Position numbers and translations under genes: made by a program
DNA from: a virus
Lineage: Duplodnaviria > Caudoviricetes
Reading direction: 5' to 3' (one strand)
Length of the DNA stretch: 64,000 nucleotides
IMG/VR virus record: IMGVR_UViG_3300044630_004692
Coordinates: 410-64,409 of that record
The notes under the pieces: generated by a model
What the model was told of the DNA's origin: nothing
What the model saw: only the letters and a program-made list of their open reading frames with translations
The model's database searches: none
In this document: positions 47,243-58,403 of the stretch, piece by piece
How positions within the stretch are numbered: position 1 is the stretch's first letter
Layout of the letters: the number at the start of each line of letters is the position of its first letter

Positions 47243-49297
47243 ATGGCAACAAATATTAAATTAAAATCCAGTGCATTATCTGGAAAAACTCCTACACTTT
47301 CAGATTTATCTCTAAGAGAATTAGCAGTAAACACTGCTGATGGTAAACTTTTTCTCAGAAAAGGTGACGGAAGTGCCACGGATAAAATTATAGATATTAC
47401 TGCTCCTCTCCAGGCTAGTGAGCCTATGGGGCATGAAGATAAAACACAAAGTACTATATCTTTTAATAGTGGAACTAGGGTCTTTTCTATTCAACCTAGT
47501 TCCACTTCTTTTAATGTTTGGGTAAAGGGAGTAAAGTATAATTTTACTACTGCTCAAACAGTAACTATTCCAAATACAACTGGATTATATTATATTTTCT
47601 TCAATTCTGATGGCGTTCTTTCTACAAGAACTTCAGTTTTTGATTGGGAGAATGAAGCACCTACAGCATATGTCTATTGGAATTCTGTAACTTCTTCTGC
47701 TCCATTTATTGCAGATGAAAGACATGGAATTGTATTAGATTGGCAAACACATGAATATCTGCACAGAACTCGTGGAGCAGTAATTGCTAACGGATTTTCT
47801 CTCAGTAATTATACTACAACAGGAACTGGCGCATTAGACAGCGATGCACAATTTGATATTTCTGGAGGAACTTTCTTTGATGAAGATTTAGAAGTACAAA
47901 TTGTACATAGCAATACACCAGCAACAGATACTTGGCAGCAAGATTTACAAGGTCCAGCTCAAATACCAATATTTTATAAAAATGGTAGTGGCTGGGTAAG
48001 AGATGTTGCAACAAATTATGCATTAAAACAAGGAACTTCTAGGATTAAATATAATTCATTGAGTGGAGTAACATGGTCCACTGTTGATGTTTCTACTGAT
48101 ACTTATTATACATCATCTTGGATTATTGCGACTAATAATATTAATTACCCCATATTAGCCATAATGGGGCAAAGTGAATCCAATAAAATTAGTGACCAAG
48201 AATCTTTAACATTTGGAGATTTATCATTAACTGATTTTCCTGTGGTTGAATTTAGACCACTTTGGAAAATTATTTGGCAAACTGATTCAACATATGCAAA
48301 TACTCCAAATGCAAAAATTGTTGGAGTATATGATATTCGTCAACTTAGTGCAGGAGGAGGATTTACTGGTGCAACTCCAGTTTCAGACCATGGATTACTA
48401 ACTGGGTTAGGTGATGATGACCATTTGCAATATATTCATGTAACAGAAACAAGAACTGGTGTAACTGCAGAATTTAATACTACTGGAAAGATTACTACTA
48501 CTGATTATATGGGGATTGGGACATCAAATCCCACAGAAAAACTTCATATTACTGGCGGTGGATATCCACAAATATTAGTAGAAGGCACTCAAAATCCAAA
48601 AATTTCATTAAATCAACCTCAGAGTGATGCTACTGGATTTGATATAGAACTATCAAATTCTTATGGAAATACTTTCTTAAGGCATAATGATAGAAGTAAT
48701 TCAATAGTTAACTATATTTTATATTATAATCCATATAACAAATATAGTTACTTACAATCAGGTGGATATGAAGTTTTAAGAGTTTGGGGAGATAGTCTTA
48801 ATAATAGAGCAGTAGTTATTGGTGATGGTCAAAGTGCAAGTCTCACCAGAACAGGTACTACAAATCAACCTCTTCAAGTAAAAGGTGGTGCGTATGTAAG
48901 TGGAAATCTTGGAATTAATGTAACAAATCCTACAGAAAAATTACATATTTCAGGAAATATAAAATTAGATGAAACTTTATTTAATTCTTCATCAACTGTA
49001 ATAACTTCATCAACTTCTCAATTTGTTGCAGACTCATTTTCATCCACAACGTATAGAACAACTAAATATTTAATACAGGTAATGCAAACAGGGAGTTCAG
49101 ATTTTTATAGTTCAGAAATTTTATTAATTCATGATGGAGCTAATGTTTATTTAACTGAATATGGCACTTTACAGAGTAATAGCTCACCTGTCTCTTCTAT
49201 TGATGCTGACATAAATTCTGGAAATGTTAGATTATTGATTACCCCTTCAGTTTCAAATACTACTACAAAAATTTCTAGAATTTCACTAACCGCATAA
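47243..49297 (+). CDS. tail fibre protein with Mtd-like N-terminus
   Basis: IKLKSS...GKTP...ELAVNTADGKLF; GIGTSNPTEKLHI repeats; C-terminal HDG...TEYG module. Confidence 0.8.
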   Translation: MATNIKLKSSALSGKTPTLSDLSLRELAVNTADGKLFLRKGDGSATDKIIDITAPLQASEPMGHEDKTQSTISFNSGTRVFSIQPSSTSFNVWVKGVKYNFTTAQTVTIPNTTGLYYIFFNSDGVLSTRTSVFDWENEAPTAYVYWNSVTSSAPFIADERHGIVLDWQTHEYLHRTRGAVIANGFSLSNYTTTGTGALDSDAQFDISGGTFFDEDLEVQIVHSNTPATDTWQQDLQGPAQIPIFYKNGSGWVRDVATNYALKQGTSRIKYNSLSGVTWSTVDVSTDTYYTSSWIIATNNINYPILAIMGQSESNKISDQESLTFGDLSLTDFPVVEFRPLWKIIWQTDSTYANTPNAKIVGVYDIRQLSAGGGFTGATPVSDHGLLTGLGDDDHLQYIHVTETRTGVTAEFNTTGKITTTDYMGIGTSNPTEKLHITGGGYPQILVEGTQNPKISLNQPQSDATGFDIELSNSYGNTFLRHNDRSNSIVNYILYYNPYNKYSYLQSGGYEVLRVWGDSLNNRAVVIGDGQSASLTRTGTTNQPLQVKGGAYVSGNLGINVTNPTEKLHISGNIKLDETLFNSSSTVITSSTSQFVADSFSSTTYRTTKYLIQVMQTGSSDFYSSEILLIHDGANVYLTEYGTLQSNSSPVSSIDADINSGNVRLLITPSVSNTTTKISRISLTA

Positions 49298-49310
49298 GGA
49301 GATTTAAAAA

Positions 49311-51080
49311 ATGGCGACATTAAAACCATTAGACCATCAATATGGATTAAGTATTGGTGGTACACTAGTAATTGACCGTGAGAGAAATCTTGCTGTAGAA
49401 AATGCCAGCATCAAAAATTTACAAGTAACTGGTACTCTAACTGCTGTTAATAGTACAGATACTTATATTAAAGATAGCAATATTAGCTTAAACACTGGAA
49501 TTGAACCAGGAGCAATTACTACTCCAGGAACTATTACTGGCGGTTCTAACTATACTCCTGGAGACTATAAAAACGTTCCTTTAACTGTAGTTTCTGGTAC
49601 TGCTGGAGTTGGAGCGACTGCAGATATTACTGTTAACGCATCTGGTGCAGTATCTGCAGTTACGATTGTCAATGGTGGTTATGGTTATGCCACAAATACT
49701 GTATTAACTGCAGCGGCTGCAGATTTAGATTCAGATGCAACACCAAATGGTACTGGATTCCAAGTAACCGTAACTGCTGTAAGTGCTGGTTCAGCATCTA
49801 CTGATGCATTTATTACAGTAGCAAGAGGTACTACTGGAACTGACGTAGCTATCAAATGGGATGAAACTACAACTGACCGTTGGCAGTTAACTAATAACGG
49901 AACTAACTATTATAGCATTTATGTAACAGATGATGCAGCTACTGCTGCAACAGCTAATAAACTAGTTCTTCGTGATGGCTCTGGAAATATTACTGTTAAT
50001 GATATTGGTGCCGCTGCTGGTACATTCAGTGGTGATATTGCCGTAAATGGTGGAGACGTTACTACAACTGCAACTGGAGCAACTACACTTTTTAATGCTA
50101 ATACTACTGATTTAAGCATTGGTGGTGCGGCAACTGCATTAAAATTATCAAATACTACAACATCAGCAGTAACTGTTAGCATTGCTACTGCTGCTACTGG
50201 AGGTGCATCAACATTAACATTTGGTGGTGCTGTAACTGGAAACACTCTAAAAGTTGCCAGCACTGCAGCAGGCACAGTTAACGTAACTACTGATGTTACA
50301 ACTGGCATTGCCAATATTTTCACTTCACTCACAACAGGTACATTAAACCTTGCTACTGGTGGAGCTTCAACCATTAACTTGGCTGGTACTGCAGGTTCAG
50401 TTAATATTGGTACTACAACTGGTAACTCTACATTAACAATTAGAGGTAATGGTACTACTGGTACTGCTACTTTAGCAACCAACGTAACAACTGGTACTGT
50501 TGATATATTCACTGGAGTTACTACTGGTTCAGTTAACCTTGCTACTGGTGGAGCTTCAACACTGAACCTTACTGGCACTGCAGGTAATGTCAATATTGGT
50601 ACTATTACTGGTAACTCTACTCTTACTATAAGAGGTAACGGTGCTACGGGTGCAGCAACTTTATCAACTAACGTAACAACTGGTACTGCAAATATCTTCA
50701 CTTCAGTAACTGGTACTGTAAATATTGGTGGAGTTGCTTCTATAATCTACTTAGGAACACAAGCTGCAGTAGAAGCTTCTACAACTACGGTTGCAACAAC
50801 TTCTCAAACTGCTACTGACACTTTTGCTGCTGCTACTTTTAGAAGTGCTGAATATCTAGTTCAAATTTCTCAAGGTTCTTCATATCAAATCAGTAAAATT
50901 CTTCTCACCCATGATGGAACAACTGCTTATATTACTGAATATGGAACTATCACATCTGGAGCTTCAACATTAGGAACTTTAGATGCTGATATTTCTGGAG
51001 GTAATGTAAGATTACTAGTAACAATGGGTTCCGCAACATCAGCTATCGTTAAGGTATCTAGAACTTCAATTATTGTCTAA
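49311..51080 (+). CDS. tail fibre protein
   Basis: Thr/Gly-rich repeats; same C-terminal HDG...TEYG...DADI module. Confidence 0.8.
   Translation: MATLKPLDHQYGLSIGGTLVIDRERNLAVENASIKNLQVTGTLTAVNSTDTYIKDSNISLNTGIEPGAITTPGTITGGSNYTPGDYKNVPLTVVSGTAGVGATADITVNASGAVSAVTIVNGGYGYATNTVLTAAAADLDSDATPNGTGFQVTVTAVSAGSASTDAFITVARGTTGTDVAIKWDETTTDRWQLTNNGTNYYSIYVTDDAATAATANKLVLRDGSGNITVNDIGAAAGTFSGDIAVNGGDVTTTATGATTLFNANTTDLSIGGAATALKLSNTTTSAVTVSIATAATGGASTLTFGGAVTGNTLKVASTAAGTVNVTTDVTTGIANIFTSLTTGTLNLATGGASTINLAGTAGSVNIGTTTGNSTLTIRGNGTTGTATLATNVTTGTVDIFTGVTTGSVNLATGGASTLNLTGTAGNVNIGTITGNSTLTIRGNGATGAATLSTNVTTGTANIFTSVTGTVNIGGVASIIYLGTQAAVEASTTTVATTSQTATDTFAAATFRSAEYLVQISQGSSYQISKILLTHDGTTAYITEYGTITSGASTLGTLDADISGGNVRLLVTMGSATSAIVKVSRTSIIV
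50290..50730 (+). repeat. 189-nt (63-aa) tandem intragenic repeat, about 2.3 copies
   Basis: AACCTTGCTACTGGTGGAGCTTCAAC at 50346 and 50535. Confidence 0.8.
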
Positions 51081-51094
51081 TGGAGTATTTTTAA

Positions 51095-54000
51095 ATGGCA
51101 ACTAAAAGAGATTTTGTAATAACTAATGGTCTTCAGACAGACAAAACTGGTGCTGGAACAAACACTCTAGTAGTAGATTCTGTAAACGATAGAGTCGGAA
51201 TAGCTGTTAGTACTCCATTAACACGATTAAATCTTGATGCAAATAGCACAATTGGATTTAATCGTGCCACAACTAGTATATCAAGTATTGCATTTGCAGT
51301 AGATAATGCTACAACAACTTCTATTGAAACTAGATATGTTGATTTAAACGGAGTTGCTAAGCAAAAAATTTCATTTGAAGAAGAAGGAGGTTCTTGGGCT
51401 CGTAAAGCAATTGTTTTCTATACAACGAATGCAACAGATAGCACCACAGCTGGAACTGAACGTTTAAGAATTTCTGCAAATGGTCTTGTAACTGTTGGAA
51501 GTCAAGTAGCAACAGGTAATGCTCTTAGTTTAAGTGCTCCAGCAAAGTTATATATTGGGACTGGAACTTATACAGATACCACTACAGCAGCTTCAGGAAC
51601 AGTAACTCACGGTGCTATTGTTACATTTGATAATCCAGCTATTGCAGCAGCCAATAGTACTGTTACATATACTAATGCGTCAACTGTTTATATTGATGGT
51701 GCTCCTACTAATGGAACAAATGTAACAATTACTAATCCATATTCACTATATGTAAATACAGGTAAAACATATATTGGAGGAAATTTAGAAGTTAATGGTT
51801 CTTTATCTGAATATACCAATGGAAGTTATTGGAATATAGTATCTCAGTATGACATTGGATATGGTGCTGCCCAAATTCCATTAAATCAATATTTGGGTCA
51901 ATTAGCATTCTTAGACCAATATTCTCCATATAGTTTAAGAAGAGATGGAGGAGCTTCTAATGATGTTTTCATTGATACTAGTGGAAATACTAATATTAAT
52001 GGTAACATAATTCTAGCAACTGCTAAAAATATTACTGCAGATTTTACTAATGCTACACTAATTTCTCGTACATATTTACAAACTTCTACTGCAAACTCAT
52101 CTACAACAGTAGGTGCTATTCCATCTGGAACTGGAACTTCTAGTGCATTTTATGCATTTAATAACTCGACTACAACTAATGCACCTTATGTAGGAGTAAC
52201 CATTGATGCATCAAATGCATATCTTCGTTCATTTGCACCTGGAAGTGGTGCCGCACTGCCACTCACAATAGAAACACAAAACAGAACCAGTGCAAACTCT
52301 GCTGCAATTACAATAAACACAGGAACCACAACAACTTCTGGAACTACTGGTGCGGTAACTATTAAATCTGGAAACTCAGCAGCAGTTTCTGGTAACTTAG
52401 ATATCTCTACAGGAACAGGAACAACTTCTGGTAATATAACAATTGATGTTGGTAATGGTTCTACAACAGATGGCACTATTACTATTGGTGGAACAAACGC
52501 AGCTTCAGTTACATTACCTTCTGCAAGAACTAAAATTGGTAATACTACCTTAACTCAAGGTGGTTCTGTAACTATTACGTTGCCAACTCTTGCTGGTACT
52601 TTATATGCTACTGGTAATACTGACGTTGCACTAGCAGATGGTGGAACTAACGCATCTCTAACTGCTGTAAATGGTGGTGTTGTATATTCATCAGCAACAG
52701 CAATGGCAATTACTGCTGCTGGTACTGCTGGACAAGCATTAGTATCAGCAGGTGCTGCAGCACCTTCATTCCAAACATTAACACTAGAAAACTTACCTGA
52801 TGCATGGGTGAAGAGAGCAGTTAAAGCTGCAACTACTGCAGATTTGGCAATTGTTACTGCAACTGCAACTACACTAACTGGTACTGCAGTTGTGTTCCCC
52901 GCTCAAGATGGAATTACTCTTGCATTAAATGATAGATTACTTGTAAAGAATCAAACCGCTCCCGCACAAAATGGTATCTATACATTAACAACTGTTGGTG
53001 TTGCTGGTACTACTGCATGGGTATTAACACGAGCAGCAGATGCTGACTCTGCGACAGAATTAGCTGGAGCTGCTGTTGCAGTTGACCAAGGAACTACTCA
53101 GGGTGGTTTTACATATGATTGTGATTTTAAATCTACAGATACAATTGGAACAACGGCAGTTAACTTCTCTAGAATTCTTGATGAATCAACCCTGTTAACA
53201 TCTACAAGTACATCAATTGGTTCTGTAAAATATAATAGAACTACTGCGGCTGCTGGTCAGTTTGATGGAGGAACTACAACACCAACTGCAACAAACCGTT
53301 TAAATTATGGCGGATATTTTTATCCAACATTCTTGAATCTTGCTGGTTCTGCAGATACTGCAACTACAGCAACTCATTATTTTGTGGAAACAGGTAGTGA
53401 TGGTTTTGTTAGACCAAAAACACTTGCAAACGTAAGAACTGAAATTGTAACTACTGCAGCAGTAAATGCTGCTGCTGCAACAACATTAGGAACAGTTGTT
53501 GGATTAAACCTTGCAGCAGGAACTACAACTGTAGAACCACTGCAATTTACTTCTGGTGTCAATTTAACTACTGCTGCGGCGGGTGCTGTTGAATATGATG
53601 GTAGTTTCTTCTATATGACAAGAGAAACTACTTCTGGAAGAGGAGCAGTTCAAGTTAATCATACATTTAGATTAGCTGCAGCTGGTTCTGCTATTGGTCC
53701 AACTATTGCAGATTTCTTTGGTGCAAATAGTTCAATTAACCTTGCTGCTTCTTCAGTATATGAAATTGATGTATTTGCATATTTCACGAAAACTACTGCA
53801 GGAACTGCAACTTGGACATTAACTGCTTCATCTGCTCCTACAGTAATGTTTGGAGTTTATGAATCAACTCCTATAACTGGTATTGGAGCTGGAGCACCAC
53901 CTTCATCTTCAACAAGTTCTCAGGCAGCAACTACAGCAGCATTTGGTGCATCTGGTTCATTGAGTACTGGAGTAAACCACATATTTACATTTAAAATTAC

Positions 54001-54130
54001 TGTTGTAACAAACTTAGCTACCAACTTTAGATTACAACTAACTCAATCTGCAGGTACTGCAACTCCATTGGCTGGAAGTTATTATACTGTAAATAGAATT
54101 AGTGCAAGCCAAGGTTCATTCGCAGCATAA
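51095..54130 (+). CDS. tail fibre protein
   Basis: DIGYGAAQIPLNQYLGQLAF and AVKAATTA...DRLLVKNQT...QNGIY modules. Confidence 0.8.
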   Translation: MATKRDFVITNGLQTDKTGAGTNTLVVDSVNDRVGIAVSTPLTRLNLDANSTIGFNRATTSISSIAFAVDNATTTSIETRYVDLNGVAKQKISFEEEGGSWARKAIVFYTTNATDSTTAGTERLRISANGLVTVGSQVATGNALSLSAPAKLYIGTGTYTDTTTAASGTVTHGAIVTFDNPAIAAANSTVTYTNASTVYIDGAPTNGTNVTITNPYSLYVNTGKTYIGGNLEVNGSLSEYTNGSYWNIVSQYDIGYGAAQIPLNQYLGQLAFLDQYSPYSLRRDGGASNDVFIDTSGNTNINGNIILATAKNITADFTNATLISRTYLQTSTANSSTTVGAIPSGTGTSSAFYAFNNSTTTNAPYVGVTIDASNAYLRSFAPGSGAALPLTIETQNRTSANSAAITINTGTTTTSGTTGAVTIKSGNSAAVSGNLDISTGTGTTSGNITIDVGNGSTTDGTITIGGTNAASVTLPSARTKIGNTTLTQGGSVTITLPTLAGTLYATGNTDVALADGGTNASLTAVNGGVVYSSATAMAITAAGTAGQALVSAGAAAPSFQTLTLENLPDAWVKRAVKAATTADLAIVTATATTLTGTAVVFPAQDGITLALNDRLLVKNQTAPAQNGIYTLTTVGVAGTTAWVLTRAADADSATELAGAAVAVDQGTTQGGFTYDCDFKSTDTIGTTAVNFSRILDESTLLTSTSTSIGSVKYNRTTAAAGQFDGGTTTPTATNRLNYGGYFYPTFLNLAGSADTATTATHYFVETGSDGFVRPKTLANVRTEIVTTAAVNAAAATTLGTVVGLNLAAGTTTVEPLQFTSGVNLTTAAAGAVEYDGSFFYMTRETTSGRGAVQVNHTFRLAAAGSAIGPTIADFFGANSSINLAASSVYEIDVFAYFTKTTAGTATWTLTASSAPTVMFGVYESTPITGIGAGAPPSSSTSSQAATTAAFGASGSLSTGVNHIFTFKITVVTNLATNFRLQLTQSAGTATPLAGSYYTVNRISASQGSFAA

Positions 54131-54141
54131 TTCTTAACACT

Positions 54142-55887
54142 ATGTCAATATCACAAAATTTTCCGAATGAAGGTCCAAATTTAAATTTAAATTTTGCTGG
54201 GTCTAAGCATTTAGACTCAAGAATTACTTTTACAAGAAGTACTACTGGAACTTATTTAAATGCAAATGGATTAATTGCTACTGCGGATGCAGATACTCCA
54301 AGATTTCATCACACATATAATGGAAATAATTTACAAAGTTCAGGATTATTGGTAGAACCCAGTAAAACTAATATAGTAACTTATAGCCAATCAGTAGATG
54401 ATGCATCTTGGATTAAAACTAATACAACAGTAACTGCAAATAGTACAACAACAACTGCTCCAGATGGTACTAATACTGCAGATTTAGTTGTAGAAAGTGC
54501 AGTAACAGGATTGCATAGTGTTAGACCATCTACAACAACATTAGTATTGACAGCAAATCTTACTTATACATTTTCTGCATTTGTTAAAAGAAATGGAAGA
54601 GATATTACTCTACAAGTAAATAATAATGCCACTACACCAATTGCAGTAGTACTATTTACTTGGAATTTATCAACTAAAACATATGTTGGTGCTGGAATTG
54701 CTCCATCATATCCAGGAATTACAAATACATCAGGAACAATAGAAGAATACCCAAACGGTTGGTATCGCATTACTGCAACATTTACTGCAGCAAATACTGG
54801 AGAATCTTATTTTTATATAGGTGCAGATAACAATCCATCTACAATAAAAACAGGTACTGTATCATATTTGGGAGATGGAACTTCTGGATTTTATATTTGG
54901 GGAGTTCAAGTTGAACAAAGTTCTTTTGCAACTTCATATATTCCAACAGAAGCATCTACTGTAACAAGAGGTGCAGACACAGCTTCAATTACTGGAACTA
55001 ATTACAGTTCAATTGTTAATGCAAATAATGCAGGAACTTTAGTTGAAACTACAAGTACATCTACAACTAAACCAATAAGTGGAATAAACACAAGTTCAAT
55101 CTACATAGGTGGTTTAACAACAGTAACTTATCCATTCAATAATATTATCAAAACTTTTTCATATTATCCAACTCCATTATCATATGCACAATCTAATGCA
55201 ATAACTGCTTTAGAAGGTTCATATGATGGAAAAATAATTACAAATGGATTAGTTTTACATCTTGATGCTGGAAATTTTGCTTCATACAATGGTTCTGGAA
55301 CCACTTGGACTGATTTGAGTGGTAATGGAAATAATGGAACTCTCACTAATGGACCTACTTATAGTAGTGCAAATCGTGGAAGTATAGTTTTTGATGGGTC
55401 TAATGATTATATTGGATTAGGAACATCTGCAAATATAGTTCCTCCTTATATTACTGTATCTTTATTTGTAAATGTGAATAATTATACAACAAGACCACAT
55501 TTATTTGGAAGAGGTGAAGGTACTATAGGACATTGTTATTTCGTTATAGAAACTTCTGGTGCTTTTAGATTTTATACAGATATAGGAAGTGGGTGGAGTT
55601 TTATTCAACCGTCTAGTTTTACTTTTCCAACTGGAGTTTGGTATAATATTGTATGTAGTTTTGATGGTTCTAATGTAAATGTATATGGTAATGGTGTTTT
55701 ATTGGGTACTAGTTCTAGAGTAGGTCAATTGAGACAATATACCGCACAGGAAACGGTGGTAGGTAGAATACTTACTCAAAATTATTTTCCTGGTAATATA
55801 GCACAAGTATCCATATACAACAGAGCCCTCACAGCAACAGAAGTGGCAAAAAACTTTAATTCGACAAGAGGGAGGTTTGGAATCTAA
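54142..55887 (+). CDS. spike/fibre protein with C-terminal LamG-like domain
   Basis: LNLNFA...ITFTRS...GLLVE; GLVLHLDAG...WTDLSGNGNNG...IYNRAL. Confidence 0.8.
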   Translation: MSISQNFPNEGPNLNLNFAGSKHLDSRITFTRSTTGTYLNANGLIATADADTPRFHHTYNGNNLQSSGLLVEPSKTNIVTYSQSVDDASWIKTNTTVTANSTTTTAPDGTNTADLVVESAVTGLHSVRPSTTTLVLTANLTYTFSAFVKRNGRDITLQVNNNATTPIAVVLFTWNLSTKTYVGAGIAPSYPGITNTSGTIEEYPNGWYRITATFTAANTGESYFYIGADNNPSTIKTGTVSYLGDGTSGFYIWGVQVEQSSFATSYIPTEASTVTRGADTASITGTNYSSIVNANNAGTLVETTSTSTTKPISGINTSSIYIGGLTTVTYPFNNIIKTFSYYPTPLSYAQSNAITALEGSYDGKIITNGLVLHLDAGNFASYNGSGTTWTDLSGNGNNGTLTNGPTYSSANRGSIVFDGSNDYIGLGTSANIVPPYITVSLFVNVNNYTTRPHLFGRGEGTIGHCYFVIETSGAFRFYTDIGSGWSFIQPSSFTFPTGVWYNIVCSFDGSNVNVYGNGVLLGTSSRVGQLRQYTAQETVVGRILTQNYFPGNIAQVSIYNRALTATEVAKNFNSTRGRFGI

Positions 55888-57143
55888 TGTCAGTATCACA
55901 AAATTTTCCATCAATTTCTCCATCTTTAAGCATTAATTTTGCCAGGTCAAAAACATTGGACCCACGTATTGCATTTACTCGTAGTTCTTCTGCAACAAGA
56001 GTAAATTCACAAGGGCTAGTAGAGACTGTTCCTGCAGATACTCCAAGATTTGACCATGCATATAATTCTTCTACAGATACTGTAGAAAGTTTAGGATTAT
56101 TGATTGAAGAAAGCAGAACTAATTTATTCACATATAGTGAAGATTTAAATAATGCAATTTGGAATAAAAGTAATTTAAATGTTAGTACCAATGTGGCTAT
56201 TTCTCCAGATGGTACTAATACTGCAAATTTAGTAGTTCCAAATACAGCAACTTCATTACATAGGTTTATTCCATCAATTTCAGTTCCACTCACACCAATA
56301 ACAATTTCGCTTTTTGCAAAATCTGATGGAATACATTCTTTTATTATGATGAGAGGAGATAATCAAACTAATTACGTATATTTTAATGTATTATTAGGAG
56401 TATTAGGTCCAGTATCAACAGATAATTCCACTAGTGCTTCAATTACAGCATATCCTAATGGTTGGTATAAATGTAGTATGACATATACTCCAGCTGCAAC
56501 TACAAATGACCCAGAAATATATTTAGTAGATACTGATACCAGAGGGGCTTCAAATTGGACTGGAGGTGGAGTTAATGGTGTATATATGTGGGGGTTGCAA
56601 TTAGAAGTAGGTTCTTTTCCAACATCATATATACCTACAGTAGCATCTACTGTTACAAGAAGTGATGATGATGTTTCTATGTCTGGTACTAATTTTAGTA
56701 GTTGGTATAATCAAGGTCAAGGAACATTAATTGGTAAATTGAAAAAAATCTCCAGTGGAGTTGGATTTGGTTATGAAATTGCTACATTTCAAACAAGTTC
56801 TCCAAATAGATTAATTATAAATCAAAATTTAACAGAAGACATTTCATGTTCAATCTCAGATTCTACTGGAACAGGAGCAACTACAGTAACTTTACTTTCT
56901 GCTGCTCCTTTAAATACTAATTATACTATTGGACTTGCTTATTCACCCAATAATTCTGCTGTATGTTATAATGGAAATACTCCTATTGCAGAAACAATAG
57001 AAGGAGCAACTGGTACATTATTGAGACTCAAATTTGGAAGAACTTCTACCGTATATACATCAGTTGGAAGTGGATGGTTAAGTTGGTTTACATATTATCC
57101 AATACGTCTTACAAACTCTCAACTTCAAAATTTAACGAAGTAA
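55887..57143 (+). CDS. spike/fibre protein (paralogue 2)
   Basis: LDPRIAFTRSS...GLLIEESRTN...PTSYIPT. Confidence 0.8.
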   Translation: MSVSQNFPSISPSLSINFARSKTLDPRIAFTRSSSATRVNSQGLVETVPADTPRFDHAYNSSTDTVESLGLLIEESRTNLFTYSEDLNNAIWNKSNLNVSTNVAISPDGTNTANLVVPNTATSLHRFIPSISVPLTPITISLFAKSDGIHSFIMMRGDNQTNYVYFNVLLGVLGPVSTDNSTSASITAYPNGWYKCSMTYTPAATTNDPEIYLVDTDTRGASNWTGGGVNGVYMWGLQLEVGSFPTSYIPTVASTVTRSDDDVSMSGTNFSSWYNQGQGTLIGKLKKISSGVGFGYEIATFQTSSPNRLIINQNLTEDISCSISDSTGTGATTVTLLSAAPLNTNYTIGLAYSPNNSAVCYNGNTPIAETIEGATGTLLRLKFGRTSTVYTSVGSGWLSWFTYYPIRLTNSQLQNLTK

Positions 57144-57144
57144 C

Positions 57145-58392
57145 ATGTCAGTATCACAAAATTTTGCAAATACCAGACCATCATTATTTTTAAATTTTGC
57201 CAGGTCAAAAACATTGGACCCACGTATTACTTTCACTAGAAGTAGTACAGGTACATATTTTGATGATACTGGATTAATTGTTACTGCTTCTGCAGATACT
57301 CCAAGATTTGAACATAATCCAAAAACTGGAGAATGTTTAGGTTTATTAATTGAAGGAGCAAAAACTAATTATATATTAAATTCAAATTCTGTTGCTTCTT
57401 GGGCTAACGGAACTTTCTCACAAGAAACTACAAATCCAATAAAAGGATTATTCACTACTAGAGTAACTAATTTAAGTACAGATGGAGATAGTCCGTTTCT
57501 TTCTGGTGCTATATTACCTGCAGGAACTTATACTCTCTCTCATTATATTGATACAATTAATTCAACCTGCACTTCTGTAACGATATATTTATTTGGAACA
57601 ATAGGCGGGTCAAACACCTTTGCAACAACAAACTTTAATTTTTCTACAAAATCAGTTGCAACTGTAACTTATTCTGGAACTGGATGGTCAGCTGGAATTG
57701 CAAATGCTGTTGATTGTGGAAATGGTATCTATAGAATTTCTCTTACTGCAACTTCATCTGGAGCAACAACTGTTACAAGAGCATATGTAATTCCAGACAT
57801 AGCAAATACTTCATATGTAATTATTGCTGGTACTCAGATTGAAAACGGAGATTTTGCAACTTCATATATTCCAACAACAGGTTCATCTGCAACTAGGAGT
57901 GCTGATACAGTTTCTATGACTGGAACAAATTTCTCAAGTTGGTTTAATCCAAATGAAGGAACTATTGTTGCACATGTATCAAACAGATTATCATTAAAGT
58001 TTAGTACAATTTATACATTTGATGATGGAACTGGAAGTGCAGCAGAACAATTAGTAGATACAAGTGGTAGCGAAGGAACCACTGAACAAATATTTGCTAG
58101 AGTATCATCAAGTACAACTGGATTAATTTTTGCTAATAGTATATTTTTAGGTACAACTATAGTTACAAATCCAAAACATGCGTATGCATACAAAAATGCA
58201 GATTTTGGAGTTGCTGCAAATGGAACTAGTTATGTTCTAACTGGAACTTCTCGTGTTCCTACTGGATTAACTAATTTAAAAATAGGTAGATATACTGCAG
58301 GAACACAATATAGTTTACATGGAACACTTTCTCAATTATCTTATTATCCATCAAGACTTACAAATGACCAATTAGCATTTCTCACTAAATAA
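57145..58392 (+). CDS. spike/fibre protein (paralogue 3)
   Basis: LDPRITFTRSS...GLLIEG...ATSYIPT. Confidence 0.8.
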   Translation: MSVSQNFANTRPSLFLNFARSKTLDPRITFTRSSTGTYFDDTGLIVTASADTPRFEHNPKTGECLGLLIEGAKTNYILNSNSVASWANGTFSQETTNPIKGLFTTRVTNLSTDGDSPFLSGAILPAGTYTLSHYIDTINSTCTSVTIYLFGTIGGSNTFATTNFNFSTKSVATVTYSGTGWSAGIANAVDCGNGIYRISLTATSSGATTVTRAYVIPDIANTSYVIIAGTQIENGDFATSYIPTTGSSATRSADTVSMTGTNFSSWFNPNEGTIVAHVSNRLSLKFSTIYTFDDGTGSAAEQLVDTSGSEGTTEQIFARVSSSTTGLIFANSIFLGTTIVTNPKHAYAYKNADFGVAANGTSYVLTGTSRVPTGLTNLKIGRYTAGTQYSLHGTLSQLSYYPSRLTNDQLAFLTK

Positions 58393-58403
58393 AAATAAAA
58401 AAT

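Noticed and set aside
49919-50701. Long antisense ORFs within structural genes (also 22232-22774, 26417-27928, 4040-4432)
   Set aside because: Shadow frames produced by codon bias of the sense genes; no RBS or recognisable motifs
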